Assembly (NCBI GenBank): GCA_947476185.1
Contig: CANJPX010000008.1
Coordinates: 5,693-69,692, forward strand
Direction: 5' to 3'
DNA from: Bacteroidota bacterium
Lineage (GTDB): Bacteria > Bacteroidota > Bacteroidia > 2-12-FULL-35-15
Length of the DNA: 64,000 nt
The stretch's first letter is position 1; every line of letters begins with the position of its first letter. The notes under the pieces are model-generated. The model saw only the letters and a list, made by a program, of their open reading frames with translations. It was not told the origin of the DNA and made no database searches. The translations under genes were made by a program, and so were the position numbers. Below are positions 21,138 through 30,887 of the stretch, in pieces.

Positions 21138-22790
21138 TTATTTTTTAAAGTAAGGAGATAATTCATTCTCAAAATATTTCATCGCATTTTTCACCGGAAG
21201 AGGAAGCCCGCCACCTAAGGCACATAAAGAACCTGTTTCCAATGTTTCCAAAAGATCATTCATCAAAGTGATATCAATTTTATAATCTTCATTCTGCGCT
21301 TTCTCGATCATTTCATAACCACGAGTTGAACCTAAGCGACAAGGAAAACACTTGCCGCAACTTTCATGTGCGGTAAATTTAAATAGGTGTTCAATATATT
21401 TTATCAGCGGATATTCATCAGGAATACAAACGATAGAAGCATGTCCTAAAAGAAATCCTTCTTTTGCAAAAGAATCAAAATCCAGCGTAAGATCTTTTAT
21501 TTTGCTCACTGGTACCAATCCGCCAAGCGGTCCGCCAATGTGCATAGCTTTAACAGGTTTTCTAAATCCACCTCCTAAGTCATTTATCACAATAGACAAT
21601 GGCGTTCCCATATCCACTTCAAAAATCCCCGGATTCTTGAAATGACCATCAAGAGAAATCAATTTTGTTCCGGAAGACCTTTGCGTTCCTATAGCGGCAA
21701 AAGCCTTACCGCCATTCTTAATAATAAAAGGCAGGTTCGCTAATGTCTCAACATTATTTACAACCGTAGGTTTATTAAATAATCCTTGCTGAGTCGGATA
21801 AGGTGGTCGAATGCGAACTTCAGGGCGTTGACCTTCAATAGAGGAAAGAAGAGCCGTTTCTTCCCCGCAAATATATGCACCTTGTGCAGAAATTATTTTG
21901 AAATCAAAATTAAAATCCGAACCTAATATTTTCTCCCCAAGCAATTTTTTATTGCGAATATCATCAATTGCTTTTTGTGTTATTTCGATTGATTCCGGAT
22001 ATTCAGCACGAATGTAAAGCACACCTTTGTTGGCTCCCATTATATAACCTGTGATCATCATGCCCAATAAAACTGAATGAGTTTGATGTTCCAGCAAATA
22101 ACGGTCACTGTAGGCACCAGGATCTCCTTCATCGGCATTGCAGACAATGAATTTCTGTTTGTTAATTGTATTTTTTGCAGATTCTATTTTAAATGCAATA
22201 GGAAAACCTGCTCCTCCTCTGCCTCGTAATCCCGACAATTTTATTTCATTCAATAATTCATCCGTAGAACTTTTCAGAATAGTTTGCAGCGTTTTATAAT
22301 ATTCATCAACACCTGGAAATACCGAAGTAAGTATTTCAGAACCTTTGGAAGAAACAATATATCTGTCGGCAACAATTGCTTTTTTATTCTTAATATTCAA
22401 AATATCATTTATGGCATCTCCGGAATAATTTTTTCCATTCGTATGAAATGCATTATTTTCATGACAGCGTCCCAAACAACACATTTCGCCAATCTCATCG
22501 GCTTTATATTGTTTGCCAAGTTCATGCTTTAATTTTGTTTGAGTGCCAGCGGTAAGACAGGCACTACCATTACATACATACACCTTTTTTCCCTGATTCT
22601 CAGGACGCAAAAAATCATAAAAGCTGGCCGTTCCATAAATATTAGCTTTGCCCATGATAAATTCATTCGCCAATTCCTCCATTTTCTCCGCTGAAGGAGT
22701 GCCTGTTTGTTTAGCTGCAATGCCTAACTCCTCAAAAAGATTCTTATCGAGTGCTTTTCTTCCGGATAGTTCACTTAAATTTTTTGACAT
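21138..22790 (-). CDS. NAD(H)/FMN diaphorase subunit, fused NuoE-NuoF (FdsG-FdsB-like)
   Basis: N-terminal NuoE 2Fe-2S (CNGSAC...CLGRC), GRGGAGF, NADEGDPGAYSDR, GAYICGEET, CGKCFPCR..C. Confidence 0.9.
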   Translation of the reverse strand: MSKNLSELSGRKALDKNLFEELGIAAKQTGTPSAEKMEELANEFIMGKANIYGTASFYDFLRPENQGKKVYVCNGSACLTAGTQTKLKHELGKQYKADEIGEMCCLGRCHENNAFHTNGKNYSGDAINDILNIKNKKAIVADRYIVSSKGSEILTSVFPGVDEYYKTLQTILKSSTDELLNEIKLSGLRGRGGAGFPIAFKIESAKNTINKQKFIVCNADEGDPGAYSDRYLLEHQTHSVLLGMMITGYIMGANKGVLYIRAEYPESIEITQKAIDDIRNKKLLGEKILGSDFNFDFKIISAQGAYICGEETALLSSIEGQRPEVRIRPPYPTQQGLFNKPTVVNNVETLANLPFIIKNGGKAFAAIGTQRSSGTKLISLDGHFKNPGIFEVDMGTPLSIVINDLGGGFRKPVKAMHIGGPLGGLVPVSKIKDLTLDFDSFAKEGFLLGHASIVCIPDEYPLIKYIEHLFKFTAHESCGKCFPCRLGSTRGYEMIEKAQNEDYKIDITLMNDLLETLETGSLCALGGGLPLPVKNAMKYFENELSPYFKK

Positions 22791-22978
22791 ATTCTTTCAA
22801 TTTATCTAATAATGAAGGTACGAATTTAATGACATATATCATGTTTTTAAAGATCTTAATCTATAATTTGCAAAACGGTAGGTCATGACTATAAAATCGA
22901 GAGCCGAATTGAAAGAATAAATTTTAATTATTCTATATTCGCTTTATACAAAATAAATATTTACAAAATAATAAAACA

Positions 22979-24133
22979 ATGAAAAAATACATTATAATTA
23001 TTTTGTTTTCCCTTCTTCCTTTTGTTTCCTTGAAATCACAAACGATAAAAGGATTGTACGTTGACGGTTTTAGCTCAATACTAAACAATACTTTGAAAGA
23101 GGACAGTTTATTAAATTATGCACAATACAATGGATTCAATTATCTTGCCTTGTATGACCTTTGGCCGGTCCACGTCACTTACAACCTGACAAATGCCGCT
23201 ACGTGTACTGTTCTGGCAAACTTTATTCAAAATGCAAAACAAAATTTCGGCATTATACAGGTCGGTGCTATCGGAGAGAATTTTTTCTTTTTTAACAATG
23301 TGATCAAGGTATATAACCAGCAACATACAAATCCACTACAAAAATTTGACGTATTTAATGTTGAATTTGAATTCTGGAATACATCTTCAGTCACTCCGGG
23401 GAATTATTATTGCACTACCTATTTACAACCTGGGGGTTATACTTGTGATACAGCTGGTGCTTTTAGTTATTACAAAACGATCATCCATAAAGTTGATTCC
23501 ATTGCAAATCTTACCGGTGTGATCAGTGAAACATATGTCGGATGGTTCAATCAGGGTCAGGCCATAACTATTGGAAATACTGTCGACAGAATTTTACTGC
23601 ATGATTATATCAGTAATTATTCATCATTATACAGTTATATTCAACTACGATTGCAATACATTGCGGCAAGAAATATTCTGACGGATGTGATTCCGATCTT
23701 TTCTGCGGAACCTTCATTCATGGGACCATGGCTGAGCACAAACAATGTAGCGACACCATTTACTAATCTTCAGACTTATCTCAGCTCGGAAACAGGAACC
23801 TGGAAAAATTACATTAATCTGAAAGGATATCAATGGTTCGCTTATTCGTTTATGCCATATAACGTCCCAACAGTTGGCATCCCGGAACATGAAAAAGATG
23901 AACTCGAGATCTTTCCAAATCCGGCCACAGATCATCTTACAATAAAAAATAAAAGTTCTGAAATTAATTCGGTAGAAATAATAAATAGTATGGGGCAGAA
24001 AATTATCACAGCACAAAATACTTTAGATGGCATTATCTCTATTGATCTTTCTAATTTACCTGCAGGCGTTTATTTCTGTTCTATTAGAACTGGAGAGCAA
24101 AAAATAACAAGAAAAATTATTGTAATAAAATAA
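22979..24133 (+). CDS. Secreted protein with T9SS type-A C-terminal domain
   Basis: Signal peptide; C-terminal IFPNPA...LPAGVYF...KIIVIK. Confidence 0.85.
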   Translation: MKKYIIIILFSLLPFVSLKSQTIKGLYVDGFSSILNNTLKEDSLLNYAQYNGFNYLALYDLWPVHVTYNLTNAATCTVLANFIQNAKQNFGIIQVGAIGENFFFFNNVIKVYNQQHTNPLQKFDVFNVEFEFWNTSSVTPGNYYCTTYLQPGGYTCDTAGAFSYYKTIIHKVDSIANLTGVISETYVGWFNQGQAITIGNTVDRILLHDYISNYSSLYSYIQLRLQYIAARNILTDVIPIFSAEPSFMGPWLSTNNVATPFTNLQTYLSSETGTWKNYINLKGYQWFAYSFMPYNVPTVGIPEHEKDELEIFPNPATDHLTIKNKSSEINSVEIINSMGQKIITAQNTLDGIISIDLSNLPAGVYFCSIRTGEQKITRKIIVIK

Positions 24134-24154
24134 ACTGAGTGACCACTAAAAAAA

Positions 24155-25081
24155 CTACATCCAAGTCTCTGCTTTTATTTCACCTTGTATACCAACCTTG
24201 ATCATTTTTACCGGAATTTTTCTGCTTGCCCGCTGAACAGCTGCCATCGCCATTTGCAACAGTCCGCCACAGCAAGGAACTTCCATGATCATTACGGTAA
24301 TAGTATTAATATTTGCGTCATTGATCATACTTGTAAGCTTATCAACATACACCTCCAAATGACTATCAAGTTTCGGACAAGCAATTGCAACTGAACGTCC
24401 TTTTAAATGTTCTCTATGAAAATCTCCACTGGCAAAAGCAACACAATCAGCTGCCAAAAGCAGATCACAATTTTTAAAATAAGGCGCCATCGGATTTATT
24501 AAATGCATCTGTATCGGCCATTGCTTTAATTCTGAAGGCTGAGAAAAATTATTCTGCATTTCAGAATTTTCTGTATTATGATTTTTCACATCTCTGAAGT
24601 CCATTGTTGCAGCACCTTGACAACCACAGCCATCATTTACAGGATGTTGAGTAACACTTTTTTTGTGTTCGTGCGGATGATCCGCGGAAGACGAAGATTT
24701 ATTTATTTCATTGATCATATCATGAATATTAAAATTAATTTTATCCGGATTATTACTAAGAAAAGTGACCGCTTCATTAAAATAAGCAGTTTCTCCATGA
24801 TCCTTCAAATGCTTAAGGTGAGCAATTGTTGTATTTTTACCCTGTTTAGCAATTACTTTTATCACTTCCGTTTCATTGTACATTTCAGCTTCACGCTTCT
24901 CAATTTCAATTGCACCTTGCGGACAATCACCTATACAAGCACCCAATCCATCACACATCAGGTCACTTACCAATCTGGCTTTATTGTCAATTATTTGCAA
25001 AGCGCCTTCCGGACAACCTGGAATACAAATTCCACAGCCATCACATTTCTCTTCGTCGATCTTAATTATTTCTCTTATCAT
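24155..25081 (-). CDS. 4Fe-4S dicluster protein with C-terminal Cys-rich domain
   Basis: CDGCGICIPGCP, CDGLGACIGDCP, QWPIQ, ADC, CPKLD, MEVPCC. Confidence 0.88.
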   Translation of the reverse strand: MIREIIKIDEEKCDGCGICIPGCPEGALQIIDNKARLVSDLMCDGLGACIGDCPQGAIEIEKREAEMYNETEVIKVIAKQGKNTTIAHLKHLKDHGETAYFNEAVTFLSNNPDKINFNIHDMINEINKSSSSADHPHEHKKSVTQHPVNDGCGCQGAATMDFRDVKNHNTENSEMQNNFSQPSELKQWPIQMHLINPMAPYFKNCDLLLAADCVAFASGDFHREHLKGRSVAIACPKLDSHLEVYVDKLTSMINDANINTITVMIMEVPCCGGLLQMAMAAVQRASRKIPVKMIKVGIQGEIKAETWM

Positions 25082-25124
25082 AAATTTTTATTATTCTAAA
25101 CACGTTAAATAAATTTTCAAAAAA

Positions 25125-25583
25125 TTAAAACACTTCAGGATAACCTATATCTACAAATGCGTTTTCGAGTTTATGCTTATGCCCCATTTCCATATTTGCC
25201 AATTGCTCTAAAGCTTCTTTGACATTCTGATCTATTGCATTATTTGCTAAGGAACGATATAATTCTGCGGCTGCTTGTTCTCGTTTCATAGCGATAGCAA
25301 TAGCTTCTGCAGGTTTCATATTTATGGAAAGTTCGGGCATATCCTGAGTTTCAGCAATTTTATAATCCACTACTTTATTTTTAAATAGTTCAGCTATTGC
25401 CTTATTCTTTCTGTACATCTCTAACAAATTCGCATGCCCGTTCTCATCTTGTGCCAATTCTAAAAAGAGTTGTTTCACTCCGGGATTTGTTACTTTTTCG
25501 GAAGCTGCTTTATAAAAAGCATACGCTGCATTTTCTTGCTCAATAGCAAAATCAATTAGTTTGTTGATGTCTGTAGTAATCAT
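25125..25583 (-). CDS. Ferritin-like/rubrerythrin-family di-iron protein (no rubredoxin domain)
   Basis: Two E...Y...ExxH repeats (EQE..Y/ENGH; REQ..Y/EMGH). Confidence 0.85.
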   Translation of the reverse strand: MITTDINKLIDFAIEQENAAYAFYKAASEKVTNPGVKQLFLELAQDENGHANLLEMYRKNKAIAELFKNKVVDYKIAETQDMPELSINMKPAEAIAIAMKREQAAAELYRSLANNAIDQNVKEALEQLANMEMGHKHKLENAFVDIGYPEVF

Positions 25584-25627
25584 CTTTATACAAATTTTAT
25601 GTTTTTAAATATAAATTTTCAGTCCCA

Positions 25628-28357
25628 TTACGGTCTTGCTTGCCTGAAACCTCTATCGATTACCGCAATGCCATCACTCACTTTTTCAATTTTGATTGCA
25701 CAGGCTTTGTATTCCGGAGTTTCGGTCACATCATCATAGGCATCATTTGTCAAAACATTGGCATGTGCCTCATGAAAGTGAAAGGCGCACCAGGTTACTC
25801 CTTCCGGTGAACGCTCCGTAACCCATGCTTTCAAGGTGATCGTACCTCGCCTGCTGGTAGCTTTTACCATATCTCCGGTTTTGACCTTCATCTTTTTTGC
25901 ATCCGCAGGACTGATCTCCAACAATTCTTCAGGAAAAATATTTTCCAGTCCGATCGAATTTCTTGTTTGTGTTGCAGTATGATAATGCCACAATCTACGA
26001 CCTGTTGAAAGAATGAATGGATATTCTTTATCCGGTAATTCTGCTTGTGCCCGATAATTTGTTTGTGAGAATAATCCTTTACCACGGGTAAACTTTCCAT
26101 TCAAATGCAAGATCGGCGTTCCAGGATGTTGCACTGTAGGGCATGGCCATTGTAATCCAATATCTTGAATACGTTCATAAGTGATACCTCCCATAATGGT
26201 TCCGCTTCTGCGCATGTCTTCCCAAGTAGCATTTGCAGATGTGAATTTCAAATCTACACCAAATCGTTTTCCTAACTCCTGCATGATCCACCATGTTGGG
26301 CGAGCCTCTCCGGGTGCGTCGACAGCTTTTCTCAAAAACTGAACACGTCTATCCAAATTAGAATATGTTCCCTCATCTTCACTGAAACATACATCCGGTA
26401 AAATTACGTCTGCATATTCTGTTGTCATGTTCGGGAAAATATCAACGACAACAAGAAAATCCAAGGCTTCCACTTCTTTGATTGTTTTTGCAGTGTTGGG
26501 TTCTGTCTGAACGGTATTATCACCGACACAAAATAAAATTTTTGTTTCTCCACTTGTTGCCTTGTGCAACATCGTTGGAAGTTTATATCCTTCTTTCCTA
26601 GACAACCCTGATATGCCCCAATCCATCTCCATTTTTAAAATTGCCTGCTCATTGGTGCAAGACTGATAATTGTGAAAGACATTCGGTAAAGCACCCATAT
26701 CACAGGCACCCTGCACATTATTTTGTCCTCGTAAAGGATTCACGCCACAACCTCGTTTTCCTAAATGACCAAGTATCATTTGTAAATTGGCAAGCGTTTT
26801 TACATTGTCTGTTCCACAAACGTGTTCAGTTATTCCAAGCGTATATAAGATGCTAACTTTTTTTGCTTCTCCCAACATTTTTGCAACCTGCTTCATTTTT
26901 TCAACAGGCACACCGGAAATTTCTGATGCTTGTTCCACAGTAAAATCCTTCAACCAATTTTTTATCTCCTCCGGATTCTCCGTATTGTTTTTCATGAACT
27001 CTTCATCCTGCCAACCATTCTTTAATATCTCCACCATGAGTCCGTTTATAAAAGGAACATCTGTTCCAACCCGTATCTGAACATAAAGATCCGACCAATG
27101 TGCAATATCCACTCTTCGTGGATCACATACAATTAATTTGGCACCATTCTGTGCAGCACGTTTTACATAATAAGAAACAACAGGATGCGCTTCGGTCATA
27201 TTTGAACCAATCACAAACATCAATTCAGTTTCCAAAATTTCGTCTATGGAATTTGTTGCAGCTCCACTTCCAAATGCATGTGCTAATCCTGCAACGGTAG
27301 GAGCATGACACGTTCTGGCGCAGTGGTCGACATTATTTGTTTTGATCACTGCACGTGTAAACTTCTGAACAGCATAATTATTTTCATTGGTGATACGCCC
27401 TGAGCCCAATGCAGAAAAAACATCCGGTCCATGTTTACCTACTGTTGTTTTTATTTTTTCTGCGATAAGATCCAACGCTTCATCCCAGGTGGCACGTTCG
27501 TGTTTACCATTCCGTTTGATCATTGGATATTGCAAGCGTTTCGGGCTCGCATGAAACTCAAATCCATAACGACCTTTCACGCAAAGCATTCCATTGTTAG
27601 GCCACACTTCCCGACCCGTGACACGTACAACTTTATTTTTTTCCTGATCTATATGTAATGTCAACTGACATCCGACACCGCAATACGGACAAGTAGTATC
27701 CACTTTTTCTAAATCGGCATAACGACCTTTTCCGCGTGATTTTTTATCTGTCAATGCACCGGTCGGACAAAGTTGAACACATTCACCACACTGCACACAC
27801 GTAGAATCACCCATCGGAATATCATCATCACACATAATCGTTGTTTCCAAACCACGGAACCCAAAACCAAGAACTTCATTCACCACTGAATGATTACACG
27901 CTGCCACACATCTTCCGCACTTGATGCATTTGTCATAATCAATTACAATAAATTCTGAACTCTCATCTTTTCTTCCTGTTGGATGATCAGAAAAAGTTGT
28001 TTTTTCAATTCCTAAATGATAACAAGCATCTTGCAATTCACAAGTTCCACTTCTTTCACAAGCCAAGCAATTATGATGACCGGAAGAAAGCATCAGATCC
28101 ACCACCATGCGTTGTGCCTCTTTTATTTCTTTGCTATCCGAACAAACCTTCATGCCATCTCTCACTTTAAGATTACAGGAGGTCTGAAATCCGCGCATGC
28201 CTTCAACAGAAACAACACATGCTCTGCATTTTGCTGCCTGTCCGGTTTTCACATGATAACATAATGTAGGAATATAGATACCGTTTCTCTTCGCAACATC
28301 AAGAACCGTTTCGTCCTCGTTTGCTTGGTATGATTCATTATTCAGGATTATTTGCAT
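25628..28357 (-). CDS. fdhF: Formate dehydrogenase alpha subunit (Mo/W-bisPGD, Cys-type), copy 2
   Basis: 2Fe-2S, HHNCLAC..C, CIKCGRC and CVQCGEC, CPYCGVGC, active site CARTCHAPT, LRGQNNVQG. Confidence 0.93.
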   Translation of the reverse strand: MQIILNNESYQANEDETVLDVAKRNGIYIPTLCYHVKTGQAAKCRACVVSVEGMRGFQTSCNLKVRDGMKVCSDSKEIKEAQRMVVDLMLSSGHHNCLACERSGTCELQDACYHLGIEKTTFSDHPTGRKDESSEFIVIDYDKCIKCGRCVAACNHSVVNEVLGFGFRGLETTIMCDDDIPMGDSTCVQCGECVQLCPTGALTDKKSRGKGRYADLEKVDTTCPYCGVGCQLTLHIDQEKNKVVRVTGREVWPNNGMLCVKGRYGFEFHASPKRLQYPMIKRNGKHERATWDEALDLIAEKIKTTVGKHGPDVFSALGSGRITNENNYAVQKFTRAVIKTNNVDHCARTCHAPTVAGLAHAFGSGAATNSIDEILETELMFVIGSNMTEAHPVVSYYVKRAAQNGAKLIVCDPRRVDIAHWSDLYVQIRVGTDVPFINGLMVEILKNGWQDEEFMKNNTENPEEIKNWLKDFTVEQASEISGVPVEKMKQVAKMLGEAKKVSILYTLGITEHVCGTDNVKTLANLQMILGHLGKRGCGVNPLRGQNNVQGACDMGALPNVFHNYQSCTNEQAILKMEMDWGISGLSRKEGYKLPTMLHKATSGETKILFCVGDNTVQTEPNTAKTIKEVEALDFLVVVDIFPNMTTEYADVILPDVCFSEDEGTYSNLDRRVQFLRKAVDAPGEARPTWWIMQELGKRFGVDLKFTSANATWEDMRRSGTIMGGITYERIQDIGLQWPCPTVQHPGTPILHLNGKFTRGKGLFSQTNYRAQAELPDKEYPFILSTGRRLWHYHTATQTRNSIGLENIFPEELLEISPADAKKMKVKTGDMVKATSRRGTITLKAWVTERSPEGVTWCAFHFHEAHANVLTNDAYDDVTETPEYKACAIKIEKVSDGIAVIDRGFRQARP

Positions 28358-28386
28358 GGTGCAAAAAATTAAAAATGTTTTATGAA

Positions 28387-30249
28387 CTAATATTTTACGA
28401 TCGCGTCAAATTTGCAGGTACTCAAACATAATCCGCAACGGATACATAATTCTGTATTGATGATATGCGCTTGTTTTTTCTCGCCATGAATTGCTTCTAC
28501 AGGACAAACTTTTTTACAAGCCTGACAACCGTTACAGAGATCAAGAATTTCGAAAACAATAAGTTCTTTACAAACTGCTGTTCTGCATTTTTTGTCCCTA
28601 ATATGCTCGATGTATTCTTCCCTGAAATGTCGTAACGTACTCAACACGGGATTGGGAGCTGTTTGACCGAGGCCGCATAAGGAAGCGTTAGTAACAGTAC
28701 TTGCCAATTTTTCCAACTCATCAATATCTTTCATCTCACCTTTTCCTTCGCAGATTCTGTCAACAATTTGTTTCATGCGTGCTGTTCCTTCTCGGCATGG
28801 AACGCATTTACCACACGATTCATCCTGAACGAATTCGAGAAAGAAACGGGCAACATCCACCATGCAACTACTTTCGTCCATCACTATTAAGCCACCGCTT
28901 CCCATGATAGCACCTAATATATTCAGTGATTCATAATCTAAAGGAACATCCAGATGCTCTTCAGGAATACAGCCGCCGGATGGTCCGCCAATTTGTGCCG
29001 CCTTATATTTTTTGTTTGTTGAAATTCCACCACCAATATCGTAAACTAATTTCCGTAACGGAGTTCCAACCGGAACTTCAACCAGTCCGGAAATTTTCAC
29101 CGTTCCGGCAAGAGCAAATATTTTTGTGCCTTTACTTTTCTCTGTTCCTATTTCGGCAAATTGAGCTCCTCCATTATTTATTAAGAGAGGAATATTCGAG
29201 AATGTCTCTACATTATTCAAAACAGTAGGCTTGTTCCACAATCCTTTCTCAGCAGGAAATGGAGGACGGGGACGCGGTTCACCACGGTTACCTTCAATAG
29301 AAGTAATGAGTGCTGTTTCTTCGCCGCATACAAAAGCGCCTGAACCTTTTCTGATCTCCAGATCAAAATTAAATCCTGTTCCCAAAATATCCTTTCCAAT
29401 CAATCCGAATTCTAGTGCTTGATCAATTGCAATTTGCAACCTTTCAATAGCAAGTGGATATTCAGCTCGCACATAAACATAACCTGTAGAACTTCCAATT
29501 GCAAATGCACCTATTGCCATTCCTTCAATAATGCTGTGTGGATCTCCTTCCAAAATACTGCGATCCATAAAGGCTCCGGGATCGCCTTCATCAGCATTAC
29601 AAAGTATATATTTTTCAGTGTCCTGACTTTTCCTCGCAAAATTCCATTTTGTACCTGTCGGGAAACCCGCACCACCACGCCCACGTAATCCCGATACTGT
29701 AACCTCCTGAACAACTTGTTCGCTGCTCATAGAAGTCAGCACTTTGCTTAATGCTTTATATCCGCCACATGCAATGTAGTCAGCAATTTTCGTAGGATTT
29801 ATTTTTCCGCAATTTCTAAGGACTTGTTTATCCTGATTTTTAAAAAATGGCAATTCCGATTTTTTAGAAACCTTTTGTTCATCCACAGGATGCAATAAAT
29901 TATCAACGATCTTCCCACCGATCAAATGTTGCTCTACAATTTCTTTTACATCCTGCGCACGCACTTTCTGATAAAAGGTATCATCCTTCCCGATAACAAC
30001 GACAGGTCCAATAGCGCAAGGTCCAAGACAACCCGTTTCCATTATTTCAAGCGTTCCGTCTAATTTTGCATTTGCTAATTGAGAAACGAAAGCCTCTTTT
30101 ACTTTCATTGAACCGGAAGCAATACAACCACCACCGGCACAGATATATATTTTTTCGGAATTATACTCCTTGCTTTTTAAAAGAGTATCATATAATGTTG
30201 TTAAGTCTCCAGCATTCTTAAGAACATGCATATATTTATTTATATCCAT
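28387..30249 (-). CDS. HydB/HylB-type NADH-binding flavoprotein (NuoF family, long form)
   Basis: N-terminal thioredoxin-like 2Fe-2S (CAGGGC..GCLGPC), NADEGDPGAFMDR, GGPSGG, CGKCVPCR, HIRDKKCRTAVC, C-terminal two 4Fe-4S motifs. Confidence 0.92.
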   Translation of the reverse strand: MDINKYMHVLKNAGDLTTLYDTLLKSKEYNSEKIYICAGGGCIASGSMKVKEAFVSQLANAKLDGTLEIMETGCLGPCAIGPVVVIGKDDTFYQKVRAQDVKEIVEQHLIGGKIVDNLLHPVDEQKVSKKSELPFFKNQDKQVLRNCGKINPTKIADYIACGGYKALSKVLTSMSSEQVVQEVTVSGLRGRGGAGFPTGTKWNFARKSQDTEKYILCNADEGDPGAFMDRSILEGDPHSIIEGMAIGAFAIGSSTGYVYVRAEYPLAIERLQIAIDQALEFGLIGKDILGTGFNFDLEIRKGSGAFVCGEETALITSIEGNRGEPRPRPPFPAEKGLWNKPTVLNNVETFSNIPLLINNGGAQFAEIGTEKSKGTKIFALAGTVKISGLVEVPVGTPLRKLVYDIGGGISTNKKYKAAQIGGPSGGCIPEEHLDVPLDYESLNILGAIMGSGGLIVMDESSCMVDVARFFLEFVQDESCGKCVPCREGTARMKQIVDRICEGKGEMKDIDELEKLASTVTNASLCGLGQTAPNPVLSTLRHFREEYIEHIRDKKCRTAVCKELIVFEILDLCNGCQACKKVCPVEAIHGEKKQAHIINTELCIRCGLCLSTCKFDAIVKY

Positions 30250-30776
30250 TAGATCGCCTCCTCCTTATTTTTTTCTTTTTGTTTTTTGTAGGTACTAATT
30301 ATTTTCTTTACATCAGAAGGTTTCACCCATTGATGTACATCATCATTCACCATAATGATGGGCGCCAAACCACAAGCGCCAAAGCATCTTCCAACATCCA
30401 ATGTAAAAAGTTTGTCGGGAGAAGTTTCACCAATTTCAATACTTAATTGTTGTTTAAGAGCAGTTAGAATTTCATTTGCTCCTTGCACATAGCAGGCAGT
30501 ACCAAGACAAACACGGATAAGGTATTTGCCACGAGGTTTTAATGAGAAGAATGAATAGAAGGTAATGACACCATACACTTTTGATAAGGGTTCATTCAGA
30601 ATTTCGGAAATTTTTAAAATCGCTTCTTGCGGAATGAAACCAAAAAGACTTTGTGTTGCTTGAAGGACCGGGATCAAGGCACCAGGTTTTTCTTTGAAAG
30701 AAATAATGATCTCTTCTAATCGTTCCAATAAGCCATCATCGTCATTACCACAAGAGCACTTTTCAACTTTTGCCAT
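30249..30776 (-). CDS. HydC/NuoE-type 2Fe-2S subunit
   Basis: LIPVLQ, TFYSFF, CLGTAC, CFGACGLAP; stop overlaps next ATG (TAATG). Confidence 0.92.
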   Translation of the reverse strand: MAKVEKCSCGNDDDGLLERLEEIIISFKEKPGALIPVLQATQSLFGFIPQEAILKISEILNEPLSKVYGVITFYSFFSLKPRGKYLIRVCLGTACYVQGANEILTALKQQLSIEIGETSPDKLFTLDVGRCFGACGLAPIIMVNDDVHQWVKPSDVKKIISTYKKQKEKNKEEAI

Positions 30777-30887
30777 TTGAATTTTATTTTTTTATTCGTA
30801 ATAAAATTTTTCCTTGACGCCGCAAAAACGTGATTTTTATTTATACAACAATTCTATATTTTCATTCCGTCTTTGTGACAATTTTTT

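Noticed and set aside
24578..25099. 173-aa plus-strand ORF and the many other 60-150 aa nested ORFs in the track
   Set aside because: Antisense or out-of-frame shadows of well-supported genes with no recognisable motifs
18408..28357. Selenocysteine recoding in the FDH alpha subunits
   Set aside because: Both ORFs are uninterrupted and have Cys at the metal-ligand position (CARVCH, CARTCH); no in-frame TGA
21138..30776. Respiratory complex I (nuoEFG) or an [FeFe]-hydrogenase
   Set aside because: No membrane Nuo subunits and no H-cluster motifs; the large subunits carry FDH active-site residues and fdhD is adjacent
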